DNA of 64,000 nt from Chloroflexota bacterium (GTDB lineage: Bacteria > Chloroflexota > Anaerolineae > Anaerolineales > UBA4823). The stretch is taken from positions 298,467 to 362,466 of the forward strand of contig JAKOUW010000096.1 in NCBI GenBank assembly GCA_029782365.1, read 5' to 3'. How positions within the stretch are numbered: the first letter of the stretch is position 1; the number at the start of each line of letters is the position of its first letter. This document shows positions 31,017-40,967 of this stretch, one piece after another. Below the pieces are notes generated by a model. The model was not told where the DNA came from, searched no databases, and saw only the letters and a program-made list of their open reading frames with translations. A program made the translations under genes and the position numbers.

Positions 31017-32984
31017 ATGGATTTTCTGATCATATTTATTTTTGCCCTGATCGTTATTTTGATCCTGGCAGGCTTGGTTGCGCTATCTGGTATCCGTATC
31101 ATCGGAAACAACCAGGTCGGTATTGTAGAAAAACGCTTTAGCCCCAAAGGCTCTGTGAAAAGCGGTTTCATCGCCTTGAATGGGGAGGCGGGCTTTCAAC
31201 CAAAGCTGCTGCGCGGTGGTATCCATTACTTGTTCCCGATCATGTACACCGTTCACCCGGCCCCGCTGGTGACAATTGCCCAAGGCAAGCTGGGTTACAT
31301 TTTTGCCCGCGATGGCGAACCGTTGGGTGCAACGCAAATCCTGGCGTCCAATGCCATGACCGCCAACTTCGAGGATGTTGAAGATTTTATCAAAAAAGGC
31401 GGTCAGCGCGGACCCCAGCGCCGGGTGCTGCGCGAAGGCACGTATGCGATCAATTTACTGCAGTTTGTGGTCATCACCGAAGAAAAAGTTTTTTCGATGC
31501 CTCTAAACAGAGATGAAGCCGAAGTGATCCGCCGCATGGCTGAATTCATCGCCGAACGGCGTGGATTCAGGCCTGTAGTTATCAAGGACAGCGATGACAG
31601 CATCGGCGTTGTCACAGTGCACGATGGTCCATCGCTTCCCCAAGGCGAAATCATCGCCCCGGTAGTCGGTGACGATCCGCACAAGCCGGAAGTTTACCAT
31701 AACAAATTCCAGGATCCAGATCACTTCCTGGCTGCCGGCGGCTTGCGTGGTCGCCAGCTTCAGGTGCTGGTCGAAGGAACGTATGCCATTAACCGGCTTT
31801 TCGCCACGGTTGAGATGATCCCTAAGACCACCATTGAAGTTGGTAATGTCGGCGTGGTTGTTTCGTACACTGGAGAAACTGGCATCGATCTATCCGGAGA
31901 ATCATACCGCCATGGCGAGTTGGTCGAACGTGGCAAGCGCGGTGTTTGGAGTGATCCGCTCTTACCTGGCAAATATGCCTTCAATACCTATGCCGGTAAA
32001 GTGATTTCGGTGCCAACGACGAACATTATTCTCAAATGGATACGCAGCGAAGTTGGCTCTCATCGCTTTGATGAAAACCTGAGTGAAATTTCGCTGATCA
32101 CCAAAGATGCCTTCGAGCCGAACTTGCCGCTATCGGTGGTCATTCACATTGATTATCAAAAAGCGCCCTTGGTGATCCAGCGCTTTGGCGATATCAAGAA
32201 ACTGGTGGAACAGACACTCGACCCAATGGTCGCCGCTTACTTCAAAAACATTGGTCAGACCCGCACACTGATCCAACTGATTCAGGAGCGCAACATCATC
32301 CAGCAAATCGCCAATAAGGAAATGCAGGACAAGTTCATGCACTACAATTTGCAGTTGGAGGAAGTTCTGATCGGCACTCCAACATCTCCCACAGGCAATA
32401 CCCAGATTGAAACTATCCTATCCCAGCTCCGTTCACGCCAGGTCGCCGAAGAGCAGGTCGAGACCTACTCACGCCAGGAAAAAGCTGCTGTGAAGGAGCG
32501 CGAATTACGCGAAGCCGAATCGCGCGCGGCGATGCAGGGCAAAATCACCGAATCAGAGCTGTCCATCACCGTCCAGACGAACCAGGGCAAAGCGGAATTC
32601 CAACGCTCACTCCAGCAGGCCGCCCAAATTCGCGCCCTCGCCGAAGCTGAAGCTGAGAAAGTCGCCCGTGTGGGTATCGCCCAGGCCATGGCAACCGAAG
32701 AGCAGGTGCGCGCTTACGGCGGACCCCAATTCCAGGTGACCCAAACCGTGCTCAACCGCTTCTCTGAAGCGATTCAGCAGTCGCGCGTTGATGTCGTTCC
32801 ACGTGTGATGGTTGGCGGCGGCGAAAATCAGGGAACTGGCAGCATCATGGAAGCATTGCTGACTTTACTGCTCTCCGAAAAGATGGGCGTTCAGGTGAGC
32901 GGCGAATCCACACGCTCTCCTGAAGTGGAAGCTATGCGCAAGAAAATCCAGGAATCTATGACGAAGGAAAATCCTCAACAATAA
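31017..32984 (+). CDS. Flotillin / SPFH (band 7) domain membrane protein
   Basis: N-terminal TM. SPFH domain. C-terminal EA-rich coiled coil (EAEAEKVARVGIAQA). ATG at 31017 with GGAG RBS. Confidence 0.8.
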   Translation: MDFLIIFIFALIVILILAGLVALSGIRIIGNNQVGIVEKRFSPKGSVKSGFIALNGEAGFQPKLLRGGIHYLFPIMYTVHPAPLVTIAQGKLGYIFARDGEPLGATQILASNAMTANFEDVEDFIKKGGQRGPQRRVLREGTYAINLLQFVVITEEKVFSMPLNRDEAEVIRRMAEFIAERRGFRPVVIKDSDDSIGVVTVHDGPSLPQGEIIAPVVGDDPHKPEVYHNKFQDPDHFLAAGGLRGRQLQVLVEGTYAINRLFATVEMIPKTTIEVGNVGVVVSYTGETGIDLSGESYRHGELVERGKRGVWSDPLLPGKYAFNTYAGKVISVPTTNIILKWIRSEVGSHRFDENLSEISLITKDAFEPNLPLSVVIHIDYQKAPLVIQRFGDIKKLVEQTLDPMVAAYFKNIGQTRTLIQLIQERNIIQQIANKEMQDKFMHYNLQLEEVLIGTPTSPTGNTQIETILSQLRSRQVAEEQVETYSRQEKAAVKERELREAESRAAMQGKITESELSITVQTNQGKAEFQRSLQQAAQIRALAEAEAEKVARVGIAQAMATEEQVRAYGGPQFQVTQTVLNRFSEAIQQSRVDVVPRVMVGGGENQGTGSIMEALLTLLLSEKMGVQVSGESTRSPEVEAMRKKIQESMTKENPQQ

Positions 32985-32993
32985 ATGAAAACC

Positions 32994-33036
32994 AGCGGGC
33001 GGCGGCTCGGGTAAGCCGCCGCCCGCTTTTTGTTTA
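32994..33036 (+). terminator. Rho-independent terminator after the flotillin gene
   Basis: AGCGGGCGGCGGCT-loop-GCCGCCGCCCGCT followed by TTTTTGTTT. Confidence 0.75.
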
Positions 33037-33053
33037 ACCAGTATAATTGCCGC

Positions 33054-34238
33054 ATGCAGCCGTACAGTCTGTATCTACATATTCCATTTTGCGTTCACCG
33101 CTGTGCGTATTGTGATTTTAATACGTACGCCAGCCTCGGCGATCTGATTGAGCCGTACACGCAAGCCCTGGTGCGGGAAATTGCTATTTCTGGCCATTCA
33201 GCTCAAGCCGCTTTCCACACCGCTTTACCTGTGCACACGGTTTTTTTCGGCGGCGGCACGCCTTCGCTTCTGAGTCTCGATCAGCTTGGTCGAATCATTT
33301 CAGCTCTGCACCAATCGTTTGATCTGCAGCCCGGTTGTGAGCTTACCCTGGAGGCCAACCCGGGTACATTGTCAGCCGATTTCATGTTTGGTCTCGAAGG
33401 ATTAGGAATAAATCGCCTCAGTCTGGGCATGCAGTCTGCGAATCCCTGGGAACTTAAGCTGCTCGAACGCCAGCACAACTTGACAGATGTGATTCAGGCA
33501 GTCTCTTGGACCAGGCAAGCTGGCATATCAAACATCAACCTGGATTTAATTTTCGGCTTACCCTACCAGAGTGTGCGATCCTGGGAAAACACACTGCACA
33601 TGGCGATCTCATTGCAGACCCCCCACCTTTCGCTTTACTCGCTGACTCTCGAACATGGCACTCCGCTGGCGAATTGGGTAAACCGCGGCCTGGTTTCCGA
33701 ACCAGATGGAAACCTGGCCGCAGAAATGTACGAACTTTCCATGCGCATCCTGGCCGAAAATGGCTATGCGCAGTACGAGATCTCAAATTGGGCCCGACCT
33801 GCCGCTGCAGCCTGCCGACACAATCTCCAATATTGGCGCGGTTATCCCTGGCTGGGGCTCGGCGCCGGCGCTCATGGCTATATTCCAGGTTTACGCACGG
33901 TCAATATTCTCGCTCCGGCAGCTTACATCCAACGTCTCTCAAATACAAGCACCTCTTCAGACCCTTTTCCTCTGACTCCTGCCACCCAGGATCAACGCCG
34001 CCTCTCCTCACAAGATGAACAAGGCGAATACATGATGATGGCTCTGCGCCTGACTGAGGCTGGGGTTGCAGATCATGAATTTACCAGCCGGTTTGGTATC
34101 TCTTTGCATTCTGCCTATTCACGCCAGATCCGGCGCTTGATTCGCAAAGGCTTAATCGAATGGACAGGCAGCGGCAATTTGCGACTTACATATACCGGAC
34201 GCATGCTGGGCAATCAAGTTTTTATGGAATTTATTTAG
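33054..34238 (+). CDS. hemW: Radical SAM heme chaperone HemW (HemN-like coproporphyrinogen III oxidase family)
   Basis: CAYCDFNTY radical SAM motif near N-terminus (LYLHIPFC). HemN C-terminal domain. Confidence 0.8.
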   Translation: MQPYSLYLHIPFCVHRCAYCDFNTYASLGDLIEPYTQALVREIAISGHSAQAAFHTALPVHTVFFGGGTPSLLSLDQLGRIISALHQSFDLQPGCELTLEANPGTLSADFMFGLEGLGINRLSLGMQSANPWELKLLERQHNLTDVIQAVSWTRQAGISNINLDLIFGLPYQSVRSWENTLHMAISLQTPHLSLYSLTLEHGTPLANWVNRGLVSEPDGNLAAEMYELSMRILAENGYAQYEISNWARPAAAACRHNLQYWRGYPWLGLGAGAHGYIPGLRTVNILAPAAYIQRLSNTSTSSDPFPLTPATQDQRRLSSQDEQGEYMMMALRLTEAGVADHEFTSRFGISLHSAYSRQIRRLIRKGLIEWTGSGNLRLTYTGRMLGNQVFMEFI

Positions 34239-34305
34239 CTCCTCATATCTGTACATTCCTCCCGTACTCTGCTTCCTCCAATTTTCCAACAATTACAATT
34301 TTCCC

Positions 34306-34333
34306 TTGACATGTCACACATTACCGCTATAAT
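34306..34333 (+). promoter_or_regulatory. Consensus sigma70-type promoter (TTGACA-16-TATAAT) for the Lrp/AsnC gene, with 10-bp palindrome TGACATGTCA overlapping the -35
   Basis: Hexamers and palindrome read directly. The Lrp start lies about 32 nt downstream. Confidence 0.6.
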
Positions 34334-34364
34334 TTGTAGGAAACGGAAATAAATAATAACTGCC

Positions 34365-34856
34365 ATGTATGAAATTGACAAAATCGACCGCGGAATCATA
34401 AATTTGCTCATGGAAGATGGACGTATGGCGGCGTCTGAAATTGCTCGCCGCATCGGCGAAATTTCCGAACGCTCCGTCCGTTACCGGATCGATCGAATGG
34501 TAGATGAAGGCGTGATGAAAATCAGCGCCATTCCCAACCCGAAGGCACTTGGCTACAGCGTCGTCGCCGATGTTTGGATGGAAGTCGATTCGGGTTTTAT
34601 TGCCAGTGTCGCTCAAAAGATTTCTGAGTTTAGTTGTGTCACCTATGTCGCAACCTCTATTGGTGAAAGAGATGTCAGCGTGCAGATTATCGCCCATAGC
34701 AATGAAGAAATCTACCGCATCGTGACAGAAGATTTTGGTCGCATCCCCGGTGTGCGTAAGACGAACACTTCGATTGTGCCCATCATTCTCAAAGATGTCT
34801 ATGACTGGCAGGTTCCAGAAAGTGTTTGCGCCCAGGATGTAAATCCTGCCGGTTAG
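34365..34856 (+). CDS. Lrp/AsnC-family transcriptional regulator
   Basis: IDRGIINLLMEDGRMAASEIARRIG HTH. C-terminal RAM domain. Confidence 0.85.
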   Translation: MYEIDKIDRGIINLLMEDGRMAASEIARRIGEISERSVRYRIDRMVDEGVMKISAIPNPKALGYSVVADVWMEVDSGFIASVAQKISEFSCVTYVATSIGERDVSVQIIAHSNEEIYRIVTEDFGRIPGVRKTNTSIVPIILKDVYDWQVPESVCAQDVNPAG

Positions 34857-34859
34857 GCA

Positions 34860-36407
34860 TCAATGAAAATAATCTTTCGACAGAGAGGCGATGTCAACTT
34901 CTGACAGAAAATGCGCCAAGATCCGCCAAAAATCCCTTCCCTGGGCGATTTCTCCCTGCATTTCCAGGTGATAAGCTTTCATGAACTCTTTGAGCTTCGC
35001 CTCTCCAATTTTCCTGCTTAGCTCACGCATAAAATAGGCTCCTCGCAAATAAACCGCATTCACGTACGACCGAAAACTGCTGAATTCGTAAACACTGCTG
35101 TTCACCCAGCCTTGCGGTTCAAAACGATCTGCTCGAAACGCCCACCACCAATCAACCAGGTATGGATATTCACCCTGGTAAAATAGAACCTCACTGTAAA
35201 TGCACAGTGTCTCATCCAGCCAGGGTTCATCAGCCTGGTCGTTGGCTACGCTGGCGTACCACCATTGGTGGGCTACCTCGTGGGCGCTGAGCATGGTCAG
35301 GTAACTCATCGGGTTTCCACGGTATTGCTGGAAATAATCCTGGCTGAGAAAGAAAAGACCGTCGTATTCCATCCCATCAAAAAATCCTACTTCGACGACG
35401 CTGAGTTGGTTCAGATGGATTGGCCCATACAAGGTTGTGAATAACTCGTAGGCTTGTCGGATTGTGCGTAATGCTTCTTTTCCGCTGTCCTCATCGCCAG
35501 GCAAGGTGTAAACCTTGTAGGTCATCTTTCCTGAACTGTCCTCCAACAGTTGAAAAAATGGACTTGCAGCCCAGCTTACATTTCGCCGCCCTTCTCCATG
35601 AAAATGAAGCCACTCGCCAGCGGTTTCCGCTGGCAGGCTGGTTGCAAATTTCAACAAATCTTCGCCTGCCTTTAAATACACATCGTAATTTGCCAGCGGG
35701 TACACCTGGGTTTCTCCAACCTGGCTGGCGGGATGAGTAACCCAGCCTTTTCGGGGTGTATAGGCCGCCAGGTATGGATACCAGTCTCCAAAATACGCTT
35801 GTTTCTCGTTAAATCCGCTGGGACTGCCGCCATATTTTATTTTCAAATCGTAATTTAGCGCAATATGAAGAGTCTCGCCTGGGTCAAGTTCAGCCTTCAA
35901 TGGCGCAGAAAGAACACCTGCCGCTAATGAATAGGTTGGGCTTGATTCACTTCCAATTTGCAAGTCAACCAACTGAAATCCGCCTTCGACTCGCTGGGCA
36001 TCGATCACTATCACTACATCTGCCAGTGTTTCACTGCTTTGGTTTGTGAATGTGATTTCTTCGTGAACAGATAATTTGTGTGCAGGATAATCAAACATCG
36101 CTCTGAGCAAGTATTGGGTTGGCAAAGAGACAGACGCCGGATAAGGTGTGGGACTGGGTTCAGGTTGAGGAGGCGGAGTATATGTTTTGTCCCGAGTTTC
36201 TGTTGGAAATTCAGTCGCTATTTGTTTTGTTATTTGGATGGAAGCCGAGGCAGGTGGCGCATTGGTGCCCTGGTTCAATCGCGCGGAAGCGCTGGCAGGC
36301 GGCTGTGATTCATGCACAACAAGTGTTGTTGGCTGGCTGCAAGAAGCCAAAATGAGCAGGCTCAAAATAACCGAATGGATTGGCCAGTTGTATTTCTGTG
36401 ATTTCAT
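34860..36407 (-). CDS. M1-family zinc aminopeptidase, predicted lipoprotein
   Basis: HEVAHQWWY...E zinc-binding motif (HEXXH-18-E). Lipobox LLILASC after Met40. Confidence 0.75.
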   Translation of the reverse strand: MKSQKYNWPIHSVILSLLILASCSQPTTLVVHESQPPASASARLNQGTNAPPASASIQITKQIATEFPTETRDKTYTPPPQPEPSPTPYPASVSLPTQYLLRAMFDYPAHKLSVHEEITFTNQSSETLADVVIVIDAQRVEGGFQLVDLQIGSESSPTYSLAAGVLSAPLKAELDPGETLHIALNYDLKIKYGGSPSGFNEKQAYFGDWYPYLAAYTPRKGWVTHPASQVGETQVYPLANYDVYLKAGEDLLKFATSLPAETAGEWLHFHGEGRRNVSWAASPFFQLLEDSSGKMTYKVYTLPGDEDSGKEALRTIRQAYELFTTLYGPIHLNQLSVVEVGFFDGMEYDGLFFLSQDYFQQYRGNPMSYLTMLSAHEVAHQWWYASVANDQADEPWLDETLCIYSEVLFYQGEYPYLVDWWWAFRADRFEPQGWVNSSVYEFSSFRSYVNAVYLRGAYFMRELSRKIGEAKLKEFMKAYHLEMQGEIAQGRDFWRILAHFLSEVDIASLSKDYFH

Positions 36408-36524
36408 CAATGTTAATCTTAGCAGGCTTTGTGAATTTTCTGGTGGATGTATCCTTGCGAAGCTGTCAGAAAGTTTTTGCATCCCAGGTGCTACAATTCG
36501 GTATATCCTGGAACGGAGGATCAA

Positions 36525-37550
36525 ATGCTTAAGTTTGGGTTAAGAATTTTACCTGTATTTTGCCTGTTTTTTTTTCTCTTCTTGGGTCCAGTTGGCTCGT
36601 TCGCTGGTCAGCCCATTTTGGTTTATCTTCCATTTCTCACCTACAGCAAACCCAGCCCTCAACTCGCAGGTTGCCCAATTTTGCCTTCGGATAATATTTG
36701 GAACACACCCGTTGATAAACTTCCGGTCTCTGGATACTCTAGTGCATATATCAATTCCATTGGCTCTTCGACAGGCCTGCACGCCGATTTTGGTTCAGGT
36801 ATCTGGCCGGATCCGGGTGGTTTTCCCATCGGTATTCCCTACACCCTGGTGCCTGGTGACCAACCGAAGGTCCCGATCACTTTCCAGTACGCATCCGAAA
36901 GTGATCCAGGACCGTATCCAATTCCCTCAAATCCCTTGATCGAGGGTAATCCTAACAGCGGCGACCGCCACATTTTGCTGTTAGATAAGGACAACTGCCT
37001 GCTGTACGAAATATGGAATGCCAGGAAACTCAACCCGGCCGGCACTCAATGGTCAGCGGGATCCGGTGCTATCTTCGATCTTCGCTCGAATGCTCTACGG
37101 CCTGATAGTTGGACTTCGGCTGATGCAGCAGGTCTGCCGATACTGCCTGGGCTGGTCCGCTATGATGAGGTGGCCAGCGGTGAAATCCGGCACGCCATCC
37201 GCCTAACCGTTCAAAACACCCAGATGGCTTACGTTTGGCCTGCCCGTCATTATGCTTCGGATCTGACCGATCTTTCATATCCGCCAATGGGCCAGCGCTT
37301 CCGCCTCAAAGCCTCGTATGATATTTCAGGGTTTTCACATGACGCACGCGTGATCTTACGTGCCATGCAGGTGTATGGGTTTATCCTGGCAGATAACGGC
37401 AGCGATTGGTATTTCACTGGAGTTCCTGATGAGCGTTGGGATAACGATGTGCTCCACGAGCTTGACCGCGTGACTGGGTCAAATTTTGAGGCTGTGGATG
37501 TTTCATCCTTAATGATCTCACCAGATACTGGGCAGGCACGCCAACCTTGA
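36525..37550 (+). CDS. Secreted hypothetical protein
   Basis: Signal-peptide-like N-terminus (MLKFGLRILPVFCLFFFLFLGPVGSFA). GGAGGA RBS before ATG 36525. No recognised domain. Confidence 0.6.
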   Translation: MLKFGLRILPVFCLFFFLFLGPVGSFAGQPILVYLPFLTYSKPSPQLAGCPILPSDNIWNTPVDKLPVSGYSSAYINSIGSSTGLHADFGSGIWPDPGGFPIGIPYTLVPGDQPKVPITFQYASESDPGPYPIPSNPLIEGNPNSGDRHILLLDKDNCLLYEIWNARKLNPAGTQWSAGSGAIFDLRSNALRPDSWTSADAAGLPILPGLVRYDEVASGEIRHAIRLTVQNTQMAYVWPARHYASDLTDLSYPPMGQRFRLKASYDISGFSHDARVILRAMQVYGFILADNGSDWYFTGVPDERWDNDVLHELDRVTGSNFEAVDVSSLMISPDTGQARQP

Positions 37551-37553
37551 TTT

Positions 37554-39017
37554 TTGAATCAGCGCGATAATAAATGCATGCTCATCAGCCTGATTCATAA
37601 CCTGCCTTTTATATTCTTCTTTTATGGATTAGCCTTCTTTTCAATGGGCTTGTCAATTTCGTTGGAAATTGGCAGATCCATGCACGAGAACGAATTCGCC
37701 TGGGCGCTTGCGCCTCTAGGTTTATTCGGGTTGGTGCACGGCGCGCATGAGTGGTTCGAAATGTGCTACATCCTGACCTGCGGTGTTCAAACACCAGCGA
37801 CAGCCTGGGTTTTCCTGTTGAGATTATTGCTGTTATCAACATCCTTTTTACTTCTATTGCTCTTCAGTTTTCGCCTGATTGTCGGGCGAGAAAAATCAAG
37901 GTTAGCCTCAAAGCTGTTGCTGGTTCCAGTTGCTGTCTGGTTAATCGGCTTTATTCTGATCTGGTTGCTGGCGCCAGGCGATACTGCCTCGAGCGATGTG
38001 TACACCCGCTATACACTGGCATTGCCTGGTTCAATCCTGGCCGCTTGGGGACTACTGCGACAACGCGAGCGGTTTATCCGGTCAGGATTGAGCAGTTTTG
38101 GCCAGGATGTCCTTCTGGCAGCCCTGGCTTTTCTCGTTTATGGGTTGGTTGGCCAGGTGTTTTCCAACCCCAGCCGGTTGTTTCCCTCAACAATTCTCAA
38201 TGCGACCGTTTTTGAAGAATGGTTTGGCTTTCCAATCCAATTGCTGCGCGCCGCCACCGCCTGCATGACGACGGTATTTATCGTGCGCTCACTGCGCTCT
38301 TTCGAAGTGGAATTTTCCCAGAAACTGGAAACACTGCAAGCCGAAATGCTGCGGCATGTTGTCCACGCACAGGAGGCAGAACGCCAGCGGATTGCCCGCG
38401 AACTGCATGATGAGACTGGCCAAACCTTAACCGCCCTCAGCATGGGGCTGCGCGGCCTGAGCGAAACCCTCACCGCCCGACCGGAGCGCGCCGCTGAGAA
38501 AGCCCAAAAGCTCGAAGTCCTCAGCACCAACGGCCTGGCTGAGCTCCAGCGAATGGTCAGCGGCCTGCGGCCGCCTCAATTAGATGACCTCGGTTTGCTG
38601 CCGGCATTGCGTTGGTTCGCTCACGATATTTCAGAGCGCTGCGGACTTAGAGTGATTGTCAACTCCCCATCGCGCCTGCCCGACTTATCGCCTGAGCTAC
38701 GCACAACGCTCTATCGCATCGCACAAGAAGCTGTGACCAACGCCGTTCGCCATGCCCAGGCCAGTCAAATCAACCTCAGTATTTCAGTCGAACATCCCAT
38801 TCTGACGCTTCAAATTCAAGATAATGGCAAAGGTTTCGATGTAGCTCAAACCCTCTCCACGACACGCGACAGGCCATGTTGGGGCTTGCTTGGAATGCAA
38901 GAGCGCGCCCGCCTGATTGGCAGCGAATTCCATATTGACTCACATCCTGGTAAAGGTTCTACCGTGCGTGTACTGGTCAACCTCGAGATTGTTCTCAAAC
39001 CTGAGGAAGCCCATTGA
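37554..39017 (+). CDS. NarL-type sensor histidine kinase (multi-TM N-terminal domain, HisKA_3, HATPase_c)
   Basis: H-box EAERQRIARELHDETGQ. ATPase G-boxes. About 6 predicted TM helices N-terminal. Start codon uncertain (TTG 37554 or ATG 37578). Confidence 0.8.
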   Translation: MNQRDNKCMLISLIHNLPFIFFFYGLAFFSMGLSISLEIGRSMHENEFAWALAPLGLFGLVHGAHEWFEMCYILTCGVQTPATAWVFLLRLLLLSTSFLLLLLFSFRLIVGREKSRLASKLLLVPVAVWLIGFILIWLLAPGDTASSDVYTRYTLALPGSILAAWGLLRQRERFIRSGLSSFGQDVLLAALAFLVYGLVGQVFSNPSRLFPSTILNATVFEEWFGFPIQLLRAATACMTTVFIVRSLRSFEVEFSQKLETLQAEMLRHVVHAQEAERQRIARELHDETGQTLTALSMGLRGLSETLTARPERAAEKAQKLEVLSTNGLAELQRMVSGLRPPQLDDLGLLPALRWFAHDISERCGLRVIVNSPSRLPDLSPELRTTLYRIAQEAVTNAVRHAQASQINLSISVEHPILTLQIQDNGKGFDVAQTLSTTRDRPCWGLLGMQERARLIGSEFHIDSHPGKGSTVRVLVNLEIVLKPEEAH

Positions 39018-39670
39018 GCGAGTTGATCCGCCTGCTTCTCGTTGACGACCACACGGTCGTTCGAACTGGCCTGCAGATGTTATTGGAAAGTGTCGAGGAC
39101 ATCGAAATCGTTGGTCAAACCGGCAGCGGAATGCAAGCCTTGGATTTGATCAAAGAGTGCAAGCCCGATGTGGTCATCATGGATATTACCCTGCCGGATA
39201 TCACAGGCATCGAAGCCACTCGCCGCATCAAGAGCCGCTTTCCCAATATTTCCGTCGTTGCCCTCACGATCCATGAAGACCAGGCATATTTCTTCGAAAT
39301 GCTGCGCGCTGGCGCTTCCGGATATGTACCCAAACGCGCTGCCCCAGAGGATTTGATCACCGCCATCCGCTCTGCCCATGAAGGTGAGATCTACTTGTAT
39401 CCTTCTCTGGCAAAAGATTTGGTGAATGATTTTCTGCACCGCGCAACCGTAGAGCCAGATATTCAACCGACCGAAGAGCTGACTCCCCGTGAACAGGAAG
39501 TGCTCGAACTGCTCGCTCAGGGCGCCACCAATGCCGAAATCGCCCAGCGGCTAATCATCAGCACACACACTGTTGCCCGTCACAGAGAAAATTTAATGCG
39601 TAAACTCCAACTTCATACCCGCAGCGACCTGGTGAAATTCGCCATTCGCAAAGGCCTGATCGAAGCTTAA
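39014..39670 (+). CDS. Response regulator, NarL/LuxR family (REC plus LuxR HTH)
   Basis: LLVDDH...D REC motifs. LTPREQEVLELLAQGATNAEIAQRLIISTHTV LuxR HTH. 4-nt overlap with the kinase gene. Confidence 0.85.
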   Translation: MSELIRLLLVDDHTVVRTGLQMLLESVEDIEIVGQTGSGMQALDLIKECKPDVVIMDITLPDITGIEATRRIKSRFPNISVVALTIHEDQAYFFEMLRAGASGYVPKRAAPEDLITAIRSAHEGEIYLYPSLAKDLVNDFLHRATVEPDIQPTEELTPREQEVLELLAQGATNAEIAQRLIISTHTVARHRENLMRKLQLHTRSDLVKFAIRKGLIEA

Positions 39671-39841
39671 TTCTTCCTTCGGTTGCTTCAACAACCACAA
39701 TTCAACAGCATTGAGATAGGGCGTTTAATTGGTTGAACACCCTATTCAAATCTTGCATGTCTCCAGGTATGATGAATTTAATAAAGCATCATGCAAGCTC
39801 TCGGAATTCTCAGCCGAACAGCTCACAGAAAGGAGATTTTC

Positions 39842-40138
39842 ATGAACCGCCTGTTTTGGATCACCATGTTTTGGACTCTGCTGATAGGGATACCGGCTAC
39901 TGCTCTTGCAGTCTTCCTCGCCGGCCTGCTTTCCCTGTATGGCCTCAGCGCCACCAATTGGATCTTCAATTGGGGCAGCCAGATCTCATATATTGGCAGA
40001 GCTTACTCTGTCGAAATATGGACTCGTATGCCTGAAGTTGCTGGCGCATTAGCCGGTCTGATTGTCATGTTGATTACGGTTTGGATTGCTCGCGAGCCTG
40101 CCAGCCAATCAAACGACAATATCCAACGGCGTAAATAA
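39842..40138 (+). CDS. Small membrane protein, hypothetical
   Basis: Three hydrophobic segments. AGGAG RBS before ATG 39842. Confidence 0.5.
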   Translation: MNRLFWITMFWTLLIGIPATALAVFLAGLLSLYGLSATNWIFNWGSQISYIGRAYSVEIWTRMPEVAGALAGLIVMLITVWIAREPASQSNDNIQRRK

Positions 40139-40149
40139 TTCTTGGCAAG

Positions 40150-40198
40150 TCGCCTGTGTGGGTGTTTTTTGACCAGCACAGGCGGCGTTTTTTTCTTC
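40150..40198 (+). terminator. Putative rho-independent terminator
   Basis: CGCCTGTG...CACAGGCG stem with long loop, followed by GCGTTTTTTTCTTC. Confidence 0.5.
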
Positions 40199-40212
40199 AA
40201 AACATATTATAT

Positions 40213-40326
40213 TATCACCATCCACTTGTGATTTTTTGAACTTATGAATAATGTCGTGAATCACTATGACTTTTGTCACTCGAATCAGTGTGACATTTAT
40301 CGCGATAATTGAGGTGAATAATTCAC
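40213..40326. promoter_or_regulatory. Cluster of palindromic GTGA/TCAC operator-like motifs upstream of hdrC
   Basis: ATCAC-N9-GTGAT at 40213-40231. GTGAATCAC at about 40255. GTCAC-N10-GTGAC at 40274-40293. ATCGCGAT at about 40298. Perfect GGTGAAT-A-ATTCACC at 40312-40326. Confidence 0.5.
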
Positions 40327-40365
40327 CGCTTTTTCCCTTTTTGCTTGATTGGAAAGGAGATAAAA

Positions 40366-40965
40366 ATGGAGAAATCGATATCAGACCGGCCGCCTACTTT
40401 TTTCGAGCAGGTGGTAGCGATGACGCCTGGGAAAGCAAATCTCGAAAAATGCATCCAGTGCGGCACCTGCGCAGGCTCCTGTCCTTCCGCATCAGATATG
40501 GATCATACGCCGCGAGCGCTTTTTGCTCTCGTCAAAGAGGGAGATAAGGAAACTGTCCTGAAAAGCAATACCTTTTGGTACTGCGTATCCTGTTACTACT
40601 GCATGGTGCGCTGCCCTCAAGATGTCCATGTAACGGATCTGATGTATTCTCTCAAACGATATTCCATTCGCGCTGGTTATTACACCCGCCCCGGCAGCAG
40701 AGCGGCTTCTGGATTTGCATCTACCTTTATCGATAATGTAGAAAATTTTGGCCGCAGTTTTGAGCTCGGCCTGGCTGCGCGCTATCACCTGGCGCACCAT
40801 CCTCTGGATATGTACAAAATGGCGCCTCTTGGGCTGGGGATGATGCGCAAGCGCCGGATGGATTTGGTTCCGCGCAGGATCCGCAGCATCGACAGTCTGA
40901 AAGCCATTCTCCAAAGAGCCAAGGAATTGGAAGAAGAAGATTTGAGCGCCCTGGAGGTCGCCTGA
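40366..40965 (+). CDS. hdrC: Heterodisulfide reductase subunit C-like (2x[4Fe-4S])
   Basis: CIQCGTCAGSCP and CVSCYYCMVRCP ferredoxin motifs. AAAGGAG RBS before ATG 40366. Confidence 0.8.
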   Translation: MEKSISDRPPTFFEQVVAMTPGKANLEKCIQCGTCAGSCPSASDMDHTPRALFALVKEGDKETVLKSNTFWYCVSCYYCMVRCPQDVHVTDLMYSLKRYSIRAGYYTRPGSRAASGFASTFIDNVENFGRSFELGLAARYHLAHHPLDMYKMAPLGLGMMRKRRMDLVPRRIRSIDSLKAILQRAKELEEEDLSALEVA

Positions 40966-40967
40966 GC

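Noticed and set aside
39671-39841. Inverted repeats ATAGGG...CCCTAT and TTGAA-N7-TTCAA downstream of the response regulator, as a possible terminator
   Set aside because: The stem is short (6 bp) with an 18-nt loop and there is no T-run. Too weak to call.
40312-40326. Calling GGTGAATAATTCACC a bona fide Rex or CRP operator
   Set aside because: The half-site spacing is one nt off both consensus geometries, and no rex/crp gene is in the window. Reported only as an operator-like palindrome.
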